A stretch of DNA of 64,000 bases from Candidatus Latescibacterota bacterium (GTDB lineage: Bacteria; Latescibacterota; UBA2968), in contig OZ251458.1 in the NCBI GenBank assembly GCA_965242535.1, positions 4,627,280-4,691,279 on the forward strand. Direction: 5' to 3'. The position numbers and the translations under genes were made by a program. Each line of letters opens with the position of its first letter. The first letter of the stretch is position 1. Positions 18,568 through 27,025 of this stretch are shown here, piece after piece. A model generated the notes under the pieces. The model made no database searches and was not told where the DNA came from. It was given only the letters and a program-made list of their open reading frames with translations.

Positions 18568-19194
18568 TCAAGAGCCCCTGTTGAATTTGATGCTGCAACC
18601 GAGGGCTTTGGTCTCGGGTATGGAAATGGCTTTTCCAGCCAACAAGGCGTCGAGCGCGTCTTTGAGATAGGCCGCTTCCACAGCGTTGGCGTCCGAGGCA
18701 TTGTCGTCTATGGCGCCGTGGTAAACGAGCCTGCCATCCGCATGGAAGAGAAAAACTTCGGGCGTGCGACGCGCGCCAAAAGCGCGGGCGACCCGGGAGG
18801 TGGGGTCTGCCACATAAGGAAATTCGTAAGACAGGCTTTGGGCGCGGGCGACCATTTCGTCAAAGCCATCTTCCGAGACCCGATCCGGATCGTTGGCATT
18901 GATCACGATGACGCCGAAGCCCTTGGTTTGATACGCATTGCCGATGCTGGCGACGCGGCGTTCCCACTTGACCGCCCACGGGCAGGAATTGCACGAAAAA
19001 ATGACCAGCGTGCCTTTCTCGCCCCGCACATCGGCCAAGGTGTACATCTCGCCATCCGTGCCTTTCATTTGCACGGCGGTTGCGGGTGCTTCCGCGCCCA
19101 ATGCGAGGGGTTCGTCGCCATCCGCCTCGGCGTTGAGCCGCATCGTCAAACCCATCGCGAGTGCAAGAACGAAAATGCGGTGCAATTTATGCAT
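18568..19194 (-). CDS. Secreted thioredoxin-fold protein (redoxin/AhpC-TSA-like)
   Basis: Signal peptide, CNSCP CxxC motif in a thioredoxin-like context (LVIFSCNSCPWAVKWE). AGGAGG RBS. Confidence 0.75.
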   Translation of the reverse strand: MHKLHRIFVLALAMGLTMRLNAEADGDEPLALGAEAPATAVQMKGTDGEMYTLADVRGEKGTLVIFSCNSCPWAVKWERRVASIGNAYQTKGFGVIVINANDPDRVSEDGFDEMVARAQSLSYEFPYVADPTSRVARAFGARRTPEVFLFHADGRLVYHGAIDDNASDANAVEAAYLKDALDALLAGKAISIPETKALGCSIKFNRGS

Positions 19195-19221
19195 GGGATC
19201 CTCCTGTTGGTTGAAGGGGCA

Positions 19222-19709
19222 TCAGTGGGACAACACGTCGCGTATTTTTTTTGTTAATTGTTCGCGCGAGACTTTTCCGATCCAAAAATGGCGTTTCTCG
19301 CCCGCGCCATCGTATAGCCAGGTGGCGGGCATCGCGCCCGACCAGTTGGGGTCTAAGGTGTTGATGAAGGCCCTGTCGTCGTTCAATTTGAGATAGGTCG
19401 GAAAATCCACGCCTTGGGCCTTGAGAAAAGCGCGCGCATCATCGGCTTGGTCTTCAAAATTGACAGAGACAAAAACGACCTTCAAGCCCCGGTTTTTGTA
19501 CTGCCGATAGACCGCCACGATATCGGGAAATTCTTCCACACACGGCGCGCACCAAGTCGCCCAGACATTGACGAGCACGGCATTGGCATCGGCATTTTTG
19601 ACCGCCTCCATAACCTCTGCCGCAGTCGCGGGGGTGAGTTGGACATCGGTTTGCGATGCGCCGCAACTCAAAAAGAGAAGCGCGATCGAGACGAGGGATT
19701 TCCGATTCA
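19222..19709 (-). CDS. TlpA/ResA-like thiol:disulfide oxidoreductase lipoprotein
   Basis: VNVWATWCAPCVEEFP (WCxxC). GTG start at 19709 five nt after GGAGG. Lipobox LFLSCGA. Confidence 0.8.
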
Positions 19710-19723
19710 CAAAGACCTCCACA

Positions 19724-20179
19724 TTATCCCGCCTGCGCGTCTTTGTACGCTTGCAGGCGTTTTTGTATGCCCGCGTCTGAAAGCGCGAGGATTTGCGCGG
19801 CCAACACAGCGGCATTTCGCGCATTGTCGATACCCACGGTTGCAACGGGAACGCCCGGCGGCATTTGGACGATGGCGTACAGGGCATCGACGCCGTTGAG
19901 CGCGCCCGAAGCACACGGGACGCCGATCACGGGCAACGTGGTGTGCGCCGCGATTACGCCGGGCAGTGCAGCGGCCAATCCGGCGCCCGCGATGATCACT
20001 TTGAGCCTACGCGCTTTGGCGGTGCGGGCGTATTCGGCGGTGCGGTCGGGATTGCGATGGGCAGAGCAGACCGTGATATCGTAGGGAATTTGGAGTTCGT
20101 CGAGAACGGCGCACCCCTTTTGCATCGTGGGTTCGTCCGACGAACTGCCCATAATAATGCCAACGACGGATTCTGCCAT
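19724..20179 (-). CDS. purE: N5-carboxyaminoimidazole ribonucleotide mutase PurE
   Basis: VGIIMGSSSD..SAHR..IIAGAGLAAALPGVIAAHTTLPVIGVP, 151 aa. Confidence 0.95.
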   Translation of the reverse strand: MAESVVGIIMGSSSDEPTMQKGCAVLDELQIPYDITVCSAHRNPDRTAEYARTAKARRLKVIIAGAGLAAALPGVIAAHTTLPVIGVPCASGALNGVDALYAIVQMPPGVPVATVGIDNARNAAVLAAQILALSDAGIQKRLQAYKDAQAG

Positions 20180-20460
20180 AAAAACCTCCTGTGGTGATTG
20201 GTGTTTCGCGTCTTAGAAGCTGTCTAAAAACTCGGCCCGCCATTGAGAGAGTCGCAAAAACATTCGCTTTTCGCAGGTCAAAACCATACCTATCGCAAAA
20301 ATAGGATGCCTTGATTCCCCCCTTCCTCGCAGGAAGGGGGGCTAGGGGGGTAGGTCCCGATAATTTTTAGATGGCTTCTTAGCGGTTGCGTGTGCGAACA
20401 AGCACGGGGACCTGTCCCTGTGATTGATAGGATCGGGATAAATGGGGTCTCCCGCCTCCC

Positions 20461-20570
20461 GTCTTGTATCTTCGGACAGGCACGGGGGCCTGTCCCTACG
20501 ATTGCGATTGCTTCTCACCTCTCCCGTCTTCCGTCTCCCCGTAAGCTACGCCTGTGCCTACGAGGACAGG
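20461..20570 (-). repeat. Composite REP element (hairpin + GATTGC x2 + CTCCCGT-type tract)
   Basis: GTCTTGTATCTTCGGACAGGCACGGGGGCCTGTCCCTACGATTGCGATTGC, then TCTCACCTCTCCCGTCTTCCGTCTCCCC. A half copy lies at about 20401-20425. Confidence 0.85.
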
Positions 20571-20698
20571 GGAGCAGGGCTTCTTTGAAAGATGATCGCA
20601 AGGGCTGTGCATGATGGCTTTGAGGCAATGGATAAGGCCATTGGCGATCCTCAGAAATTGAGATCATCCACCCATCCCCGTTCGCCCTTTCTCGAATC

Positions 20699-21205
20699 TC
20701 ATGCGCCTGTACTGCCGATCATCGCGTGTCGATTTAGATTGCGGGCAACACCATCCCATTGCGCGACGATAACCCGTCTCGGTTTTTTGCCCTTCTCCCA
20801 ATGATATTCCAGCACGTCATGCCTTTGATATTCTCGAAGCAGGGATACAAGCGTTGGGGAAAGCCCTGATGGAGAAATCAGAAACGAATAAAGCGGTTGA
20901 GCGATTCGGCTATAACCCAAAAGTTGCGAAAGATGCGCCAATGTTAATTTGGCGTTTTTGCACTCTACAAAAGCCAGAGAAGTATGATCCCAGTGGTGGA
21001 CAAATCCGACGACATCAACCCGAATATCCCAAGTAACCCACTCGCCAGGAAATTTGCCCTTGCCATAGGTTCTCAGAAACCGGGAAAGCGGCGTGTGTGA
21101 AAGATCGCGCACATCGATATTTGCATTTCGGTAACGGTTTGAAAGAAAATCCTTCAACCACCGACAGACATCGGGATACATTTCTCTTTCGGATTTATAC
21201 GCCAT
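20699..21205 (-). CDS. PD-(D/E)xK nuclease-like protein (third gene of the R-M-like cassette)
   Basis: WDIRVDVVGF...SLAFVECKNAKL fits a D...(E)xK core. It overlaps the upstream gene by 11 nt. AT-richer than the flanks by eye. Confidence 0.5.
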   Translation of the reverse strand: MAYKSEREMYPDVCRWLKDFLSNRYRNANIDVRDLSHTPLSRFLRTYGKGKFPGEWVTWDIRVDVVGFVHHWDHTSLAFVECKNAKLTLAHLSQLLGYSRIAQPLYSFLISPSGLSPTLVSLLREYQRHDVLEYHWEKGKKPRRVIVAQWDGVARNLNRHAMIGSTGA

Positions 21206-22154
21206 CTTCCTCTGCTTCCTCCATCAACGCCTCTTGATCGTCGGAGTCCCATAACGCCTGCATTCTTTTTGGCGTGCGCGGGCAACCCAACTTTTTACAA
21301 ATTTGCCAGTAAGCATTGAAATGGTTTCCTCTAAGCCGTTCGTCCAATTTTTCATCGCTTTCCCGGGAGTCCTTTGACTTCTTTCTTATCAATCTTTTCC
21401 TTCCAAGACAGGGATTGTAATTTTTTTTTGGAGAACGCACGGTGTCATGTTCAATACATTCCTTCAAAATGGCTTGTTTGTATGACAGTGAAAAACCGAT
21501 CTTCCCAAAAGGCACGGCAAAAATATTGATCTGATGCTCCCGAAAATCCCGACTCATATTCGGGTGTCCCCAGATGATTTGCGGAATAGGGACCGCTAAA
21601 TGTTCTTCCAGTAGCGTACAAAGCTGAACGGGCATTTCCCAATTGGTTTGGTAATTCAGTACATCGAGACGCACGCGATTAGTGCCATCTATATAGCGAT
21701 TTGTAGATCTGATATTTCCAGCGACATCGGCAAATCCCCTGATGTACTCTCGTTTCCAGTCCAGTGGGATATTTGGAGAAAAGAATATCTCTGGAACCAG
21801 AAAATGCTCGTACCCCAGGCGATTCTGTGTGTGCATCAAAATATTCCGCCACATCATTGTGTTTCCGGAAAAACGCAATACGAGATCGACGCTTTTACCT
21901 TTATCGATCATTTCGACATGAGCACCTGTGAGCTCCGAGACGCGATTTTCAATTGGTCGCAACAGCCCTTGTCGTATCGCAGCCTCCGCTTCAAAAGTCG
22001 TAGCTATCCCCTCCACCTCAAGAGATTGGTAAGGAAATTCAATGACAATTTGCCTTACGCCGCCGCTCTCCGATATTCTCCCTCTCGCCGTAATCAGCCC
22101 AAGCAGATAGGCAACATCAGCGTCGACATAGTCCATGACTTCAATTAAACTCAC
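21195..22154 (-). CDS. Hypothetical protein with two degenerate LAGLIDADG-like motifs
   Basis: AYLLGLITARGRI (aa ~15) and EYIRGFADVAGNI (aa ~147), each followed by beta-strand-like segments. The usual acidic residue is replaced (R, A). Basic C-terminal tail. The fold call is tentative. Confidence 0.45.
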   Translation of the reverse strand: MSLIEVMDYVDADVAYLLGLITARGRISESGGVRQIVIEFPYQSLEVEGIATTFEAEAAIRQGLLRPIENRVSELTGAHVEMIDKGKSVDLVLRFSGNTMMWRNILMHTQNRLGYEHFLVPEIFFSPNIPLDWKREYIRGFADVAGNIRSTNRYIDGTNRVRLDVLNYQTNWEMPVQLCTLLEEHLAVPIPQIIWGHPNMSRDFREHQINIFAVPFGKIGFSLSYKQAILKECIEHDTVRSPKKNYNPCLGRKRLIRKKSKDSRESDEKLDERLRGNHFNAYWQICKKLGCPRTPKRMQALWDSDDQEALMEEAEEDGV

Positions 22155-22172
22155 TGGATAGACCCCTCGTGT

Positions 22173-23285
22173 TTATGGTGTGATCGGTGCGAGGTAGGGG
22201 CGCAGATGCTCAAGAGCTTTGGGGCCAATACCCCTGACCTTTGCGATATCGTCGATACTGTTAAATGCCCCATTCTGTTCTCGATAAGCCACGATGCGCG
22301 ATGCAATTTGAGAGCCGATGCCGGGCAGGTGCTCGAGCTTTTTTCCCAATGCCTTGTTGATGTCGATCAATTGGGGTGCTTCTATTTTTTCTTCTGGGGG
22401 TGGGACGACCACAGCATTTTTATATTCTTCAAAATTTGGCGTGCCGTGCGGGCCTTGGATTGGTTTCTGAAAAATCAAGAGGAACTCGTGAATTTTGTTG
22501 ATGCGGAATACCGCCGGATAACCGAGTGGACGCAAGTTATTGTACTCCTGACTTCTGTCCCAGATAATCAAATCGTCAAAAATAAAGCCGATATCCTCCA
22601 TGAACAGAGAGACATCGCGGTGATAGGCATAGAATTGGCTCTTCTTTCGCAAATCCATGACAACCACACAACAGTAGCTTTTGGGCTTCATCGCAACATA
22701 GATTTGCTCAAAAATTTTGCGAAGTGAGAATAAGAACTCGTCATAATCGCGGATTTTCCCCAAATCTGACTCTGTTTCCCCATAATCGCGGCGCGCTTTG
22801 TAATCCGCTGTGCGCTTTTCCAAAAGAATGTCCCAATAAGGCGGCGAGGTAATCACCATATCCACGCTATTTGGAGACACGTATTTATCGAGCTTCCGAC
22901 TGTCGTCAATGTGGATCTTGACATCGGTTTGACCTTCAAAGGGAATCATCTGATGCACCCGATCCTCTGCAATTCGGGCAAATTCCGGCGAGATTTCTAT
23001 GCCAACAGCGTCTTTGCCCAACGCTTTGGCCGCGATCAACGTCGAGCCAATACCCACAAAAGGATCGAGTATTAAACGCGCATCTCGATTGGTAAAGCTT
23101 TCGATAAGCCGCAAGGCCAAGGCATGGGGAAACATGGCCGGATGCTTCAAGTCCCTTTCTTCCCGAGTTTTTTTGATGTCATTCCAAATCGAAATTGAAT
23201 ACCTCAACCACATCTTGCCATTGAGTTCGTTTGCGCGTTTCGATTCGGTTTTGCGTTTTTCCACGACCCGTTTTCTTTTTTTCAT
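22173..23285 (-). CDS. N4/N6 DNA methyltransferase (PF01555-like, permuted motif order) fused to a C-terminal ComEA-type helix-hairpin-helix domain
   Basis: HPAMFP..LILDPFVGIGSTLIAAKALGKDAVGIE (motif I region) precedes VDMVITSPPYW (motif IV). The C-terminus is LEHLPGIGSQIASRIVAYREQNGAFNSIDDIAKVRGIGPKALEHL. The ATG at 23285 is used, not the ORF start at 23441. Confidence 0.85.
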   Translation of the reverse strand: MKKRKRVVEKRKTESKRANELNGKMWLRYSISIWNDIKKTREERDLKHPAMFPHALALRLIESFTNRDARLILDPFVGIGSTLIAAKALGKDAVGIEISPEFARIAEDRVHQMIPFEGQTDVKIHIDDSRKLDKYVSPNSVDMVITSPPYWDILLEKRTADYKARRDYGETESDLGKIRDYDEFLFSLRKIFEQIYVAMKPKSYCCVVVMDLRKKSQFYAYHRDVSLFMEDIGFIFDDLIIWDRSQEYNNLRPLGYPAVFRINKIHEFLLIFQKPIQGPHGTPNFEEYKNAVVVPPPEEKIEAPQLIDINKALGKKLEHLPGIGSQIASRIVAYREQNGAFNSIDDIAKVRGIGPKALEHLRPYLAPITP

Positions 23286-23477
23286 GACCTCTTCTCCTGT
23301 TATGACCCATCCTTGGCCCTCCTCGCAACGAGGCGGGAAGGCGTTATTTTTTTTCCGCGAATAACGGGAGAGATGGGAGTCAGTGGTCAGTCCACCCCGT
23401 TCCATCAACCGTAGAGCCTGCCTCTTGAGTGCCCTAATCAAGGGGAGACAGGCCCACTAAATTAAGACATTTCAGGC

Positions 23478-23630
23478 AAGCACGGGGGCCTATCCCCGCG
23501 ATTGCGTCTCCCGTCTCCCGCCTTCCCTCTCCCGCCTCACCGCCTCCCCTCTCCCGTCTCCCGTCTCCCCGCCTCACCCGCCTTCCCTCTCCCGTCTCCC
23601 CTCTCCCGTCTCCCCGCCTCACCGCCTCAC
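23478..23630. repeat. Degenerate REP hairpin plus ~125-bp CTCCCGT/CCGCCTCA low-complexity tract
   Basis: CAAGCACGGGGGCCTATCCCCGCGATTGCG, then iterated TCTCCCG heptamers with an internal ~60-bp duplication (about 23520 and 23580). Confidence 0.85.
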
Positions 23631-24724
23631 CGTTTTGACCTGCGAATCCGCGCGGGCGTGTGGTCTCCGTGGGTTTCGCTGGAGAGAATTTTGAGCGACC
23701 GATCTGCGATGGGGAGATCGATGCGAATCCCGCCTCGGCGGTGGGATTCCCGCAGGGCGATGGCGACCTCGAGCGCGGCGCGTCCATCGTCTCCTGAACA
23801 GCGCGGCGGCCGGTTGTTTTCCATCGCGTCGATGAGGTCATCGACGAGGGTGATCCCCTGCCCTTCGGGCCTCGCGGGGTGCGGAAAGGGCGACCGTGCG
23901 GGGATGCCGCGGCCTCTCAGACCGCCCGGAACCCGTTGAATGAACTCAAACTCGAGCGCGTCTGACGAGGTGCGTACGCGGCCCTTTGTGCCGATGATGT
24001 CGAACTCCCAAGAGGCGACGCCGGTCGAGGTGCTGCGGAGATAGGCCCGCACGCCATTGTCAAAGGCGAGATACCCATTGCCCACCAGGTCGTCGTCCCC
24101 GGCCGCGGCTTCGTCCGACGCCATTTCGCCAAAGACCCACGCGACATTGCCCCCTGCGAGATAGCGGATCGCGTCGATGGCGTGGCTGCCATTGTGCGAC
24201 AGGTTGCACGACGCATAAGCCGTGATCTGGAGCACATCGCCCAAATCGCCCGCTTCGATCCTGCGGCGGGTTTGGCTGAAATAGGCGTTGTAGCGGCGCG
24301 CGCAAAAGATGGCCAGGGCAACGCCATTTGCCCGGCAGGCGTCGACCATAGCATCGGCTTCTGCAAGGCTGAACGCCATGGGCTTTTCCGCCCAAATCGC
24401 TTTGACCCCCGCCTCGGCCGCGTCGATCACAATTTGCGGGCGGTGGCGCGCCGTGGTGGTCACGCTGACGAGATCGGGTTTTTCGTTTGCGAGCAGGTCT
24501 TCGTGATGCGCGTACAGGTGGTCGGCATCAATGCCCCACCGGTCGCCGAACAGGGTGCGTTGCTCATCGTGGGGATCGGCCCCTGCGATGAGGTCGATTT
24601 GCGGATGGGCATGGTACGTAGGCCCGTGGCAATAGGGCAAGAAAATGGCCCCGCCCTGCGTGATCTCATCGTCAAACGTACTGCCCATCCGCCCCAAGCC
24701 AATAACCGCTGCTTTGTAAGACAT
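23627..24724 (-). CDS. Gfo/Idh/MocA family oxidoreductase
   Basis: N-terminal Rossmann AVIGLGRMG, EKP motif (WAEKPMA), 365 aa. Confidence 0.9.
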   Translation of the reverse strand: MSYKAAVIGLGRMGSTFDDEITQGGAIFLPYCHGPTYHAHPQIDLIAGADPHDEQRTLFGDRWGIDADHLYAHHEDLLANEKPDLVSVTTTARHRPQIVIDAAEAGVKAIWAEKPMAFSLAEADAMVDACRANGVALAIFCARRYNAYFSQTRRRIEAGDLGDVLQITAYASCNLSHNGSHAIDAIRYLAGGNVAWVFGEMASDEAAAGDDDLVGNGYLAFDNGVRAYLRSTSTGVASWEFDIIGTKGRVRTSSDALEFEFIQRVPGGLRGRGIPARSPFPHPARPEGQGITLVDDLIDAMENNRPPRCSGDDGRAALEVAIALRESHRRGGIRIDLPIADRSLKILSSETHGDHTPARIRRSKR

Positions 24725-24817
24725 GGCGTTTCTCCCGTAGATGTCGGATTGTTTTCACTCAAAATTAGGACGCCCAACCACCGAATCGGTTTAATGTGAA
24801 TCGTCGGTGCCACTTCT

Positions 24818-24915
24818 GTCTTGTATCTTCGGACAGGCACAGGGGCCTGTCCCTACGATTGCGATTGCTTCTTAACCTCTCCCGTCTCCCGTCTCCCGGC
24901 TCCCCTCTCCTGTCT
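24818..24915 (-). repeat. Composite REP element
   Basis: GTCTTGTATCTTCGGACAGGCACAGGGGCCTGTCCCTACGATTGCGATTGC, then CTCTCCCGTCTCCCGTCTCCCGGCTCCCC. Confidence 0.85.
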
Positions 24916-25140
24916 TTCCTTTCGCACCCATAATGCACTATCGCCCATATCTTCGCGTTTCGCCCACATGCCAAAGAAAGGCAAGGCAGCGAAATTTTTG
25001 CGTTCATCGGACGCAATGCTTTGGCGAGCGGTGTCGATCGGTTCAATGTGTATGATCACTTCTGTTCCCTCGGGCAGGGACAAAGGCTTGAAAAACAAAA
25101 TGTTTCCGTCTCGTATCTCTCCGCGTTTCACAAATGCCAT
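24853..25140 (-). CDS. Possible antitoxin-family small protein (DUF104-like)
   Basis: MAFVKRGEIRDGNILFFKPLSLPEGTEVIIHIEP resembles the xGxIxPLxxLxLPEGxxVxIxI pattern, followed by FGMWAKRED. The 3' tail runs into the REP element. No toxin partner is visible. Confidence 0.4.
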   Translation of the reverse strand: MAFVKRGEIRDGNILFFKPLSLPEGTEVIIHIEPIDTARQSIASDERKNFAALPFFGMWAKREDMGDSALWVRKERQERGAGRRETGEVKKQSQS

Positions 25141-25220
25141 TTTTACCTCCGAGTCGAATTTTGCACGCATTGTTGTGACGCCCAACCGCCAAATCCAATC
25201 GCGTCATTTCAAACCTTCAG

Positions 25221-25625
25221 CACTCTGTAAATTAAATAATTCGGAATTTCAATTTTTCAAAAGCGTGACGGACGTGATGCCGTACATCAATTAAGCCATC
25301 GCCAAACGTGCCATCGCAAAAGCCCACCAACGAAAGCCATCGGGCACAGCGCGCAAGTCCGTTTGGCAACCAACATCCATTTTGCAACCCACCTCGCAGG
25401 CTGACTCATGTCGTGCGATTACAAAAGCGATTTGCGCTGTGCAAGCCCCTCGGCGTTTGAGAGCGGCATTTTTTGCCTACTTTTTTTGCTGTAGAAAAAA
25501 AGTAGGTCGCCGAAGGCATCGAAGGCAACCAACGATGCTTTTAGGACCAAACATTTTAGAAAAGCGAGCAACTCAGGTGCTGATTTGTGCGTATCCAAAT
25601 TGAGAATAACTTAATTTACAGAGTA
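25221..25625 (+). mobile_element. MITE copy 1 (405 bp, non-coding)
   Basis: TIRs CACTCTGTAAATTAA and TTAATTTACAGAGTA. Flanked by the direct repeat TTCAG (25216-25220 and 25626-25630). Internal nested hairpins include CCTACTTTTTTT-gctgtag-AAAAAAAGTAGG. Confidence 0.75.
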
Positions 25626-25646
25626 TTCAGCCACGCCAAATCATTT

Positions 25647-26924
25647 TCATCCATGCCTCTTCAGGGCGCGGTGTCCAATATCTCGGCGGAAGTACGCGTT
25701 GTCAAAAGCGATTTTGCCCACGGCTTCGTACGCGCGGGCGATAGACGATTGGACGGTATCGCCGATAGCCGTAACGCCGATCACGCGCCCGCCGTTTGTG
25801 ACGAGTTGCCGATCGCGATACGCCGTGCCCGCGTGGAAGACCGCGACATCGCCCAATGCTTCTGCGCGATTGATGCCGGAAATGGGAAAGCCCGTTGTGT
25901 ATGCTTCGGGATAGCCGCCCGATGCCATGACCACGCAGGTCGCCGCGCGGTCGTCGAGTTCGATATCGAGGGCCGCGACTGAGCCATCGCACACTGCAAA
26001 GATGATATCCACGAGATCGGTTTTGAGCAAGGGGAGCACCACCTGCGCTTCGGGGTCGCCCATGCGACAGTTGAACTCGATGACCTTGGGGCCATCGGGC
26101 GTGACGATGATGCCGCCGAAGAGAATGCCGCGGTACGGACGGCCCTCCGATGCGAGGGCGCGTATTGTGGGTTTCATGATGCGCTGTGCGATCTCGTCGA
26201 AAAGTTCGGGCGTGATGACCGGCGCGGGGGCATAGGCGCCCATGCCGCCCGTGTTGAGGCCCACATCGCCCTCGCCGATGGTTTTGTGGTCTTGCGAGGG
26301 CACGATGCAGGCGATGTCCCGCCCATCGGAAAAGCCAAATATGGACGCTTCTTCGCCTTCGAGCAATTCCATCGCGATGAGTTTGTCGCCCGATTCGCCA
26401 AATGCGCGTTGCACCATCACCTCATCCACGGTTTTGAGGGAATCGCGCAGGGTGTCGCAGTAAATCGCGCCCTTGCCGGCGGCGAGGCCGCTGACTTTGA
26501 GATAGAGCGGGTGTCGCCACGCCGCGAGGCGTTCTCGGGCGGTTTCCGCGTCGACAAAGGTTTCGTAAGCCCCGGTTGGAATGTCGTATTTGTGCATGAG
26601 TTCGAGGGCGAAATCTTTGTCCGCTTCGATTTGCGCCGCCGCCTGCGTGGGGCCAAAGACCGAGAGGCCGCGATCTGTGAAGATATCGACAATGCCATCT
26701 GCGAGCGGGGCTTCCGGGCCGATCACCGAAATGTCGATGCCCTTTCGCCGCGCAAAGTCCGCGAGGCCCTCGAGATCGCCGTCCTCAATATCCACGCATT
26801 CGGCATACCGCGCCATGCCCGGACTGCCGGGCGCGGCGTATAACTCGGTGATTTTGTCGCTTTGCGCGAGTTTCCAAACAAAGGCGTGTTCGCGGCCGCC
26901 CTTGCCAACGACGAGGAATTTCAT
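25647..26924 (-). CDS. purD: Phosphoribosylamine-glycine ligase PurD
   Basis: MKFLVVGKGGREHA N-terminus, ATP-grasp core, 425 aa collinear with PurD. Confidence 0.95.
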   Translation of the reverse strand: MKFLVVGKGGREHAFVWKLAQSDKITELYAAPGSPGMARYAECVDIEDGDLEGLADFARRKGIDISVIGPEAPLADGIVDIFTDRGLSVFGPTQAAAQIEADKDFALELMHKYDIPTGAYETFVDAETARERLAAWRHPLYLKVSGLAAGKGAIYCDTLRDSLKTVDEVMVQRAFGESGDKLIAMELLEGEEASIFGFSDGRDIACIVPSQDHKTIGEGDVGLNTGGMGAYAPAPVITPELFDEIAQRIMKPTIRALASEGRPYRGILFGGIIVTPDGPKVIEFNCRMGDPEAQVVLPLLKTDLVDIIFAVCDGSVAALDIELDDRAATCVVMASGGYPEAYTTGFPISGINRAEALGDVAVFHAGTAYRDRQLVTNGGRVIGVTAIGDTVQSSIARAYEAVGKIAFDNAYFRRDIGHRALKRHG

Positions 26925-27025
26925 GGATGTGTCTCCGGATCGAGATAGCGATTTTGAACGAGGTACGCGCCGGGCGATGTTTGACTTTTTTCGCGAGTTT
27001 GAGGCTTGTTTTGCACGGTATCATC

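Noticed and set aside
20180-20360. Possible purine riboswitch or terminator in the purE leader, including the perfect hairpin CCCCCCTTCC-tcgca-GGAAGGGGGG (20317-20341).
   Set aside because: There is no purine-aptamer consensus. The hairpin has no adjacent U-tract on either strand, so it is not called as a terminator. Its function is unknown.
23434-23939. ORFs encoding SPVSRLP or GRRETG repeats in the heptamer tracts (also 54114-54545 and 53783-54445).
   Set aside because: They are translations of the CTCCCGT microsatellite and REP elements. There are no start context and no conservation between copies in the same frame.
24725-25215. Toxin partner for the DUF104-like antitoxin candidate.
   Set aside because: The flanking space is filled by a REP composite element and the MITE. 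No PIN-like or other toxin ORF is present, so no TA system is claimed.
25382-25603. 73-aa ORF inside MITE copy 1.
   Set aside because: The corresponding ORFs in copy 2 and in the relic are on the opposite strand or in another frame. The element is non-coding.
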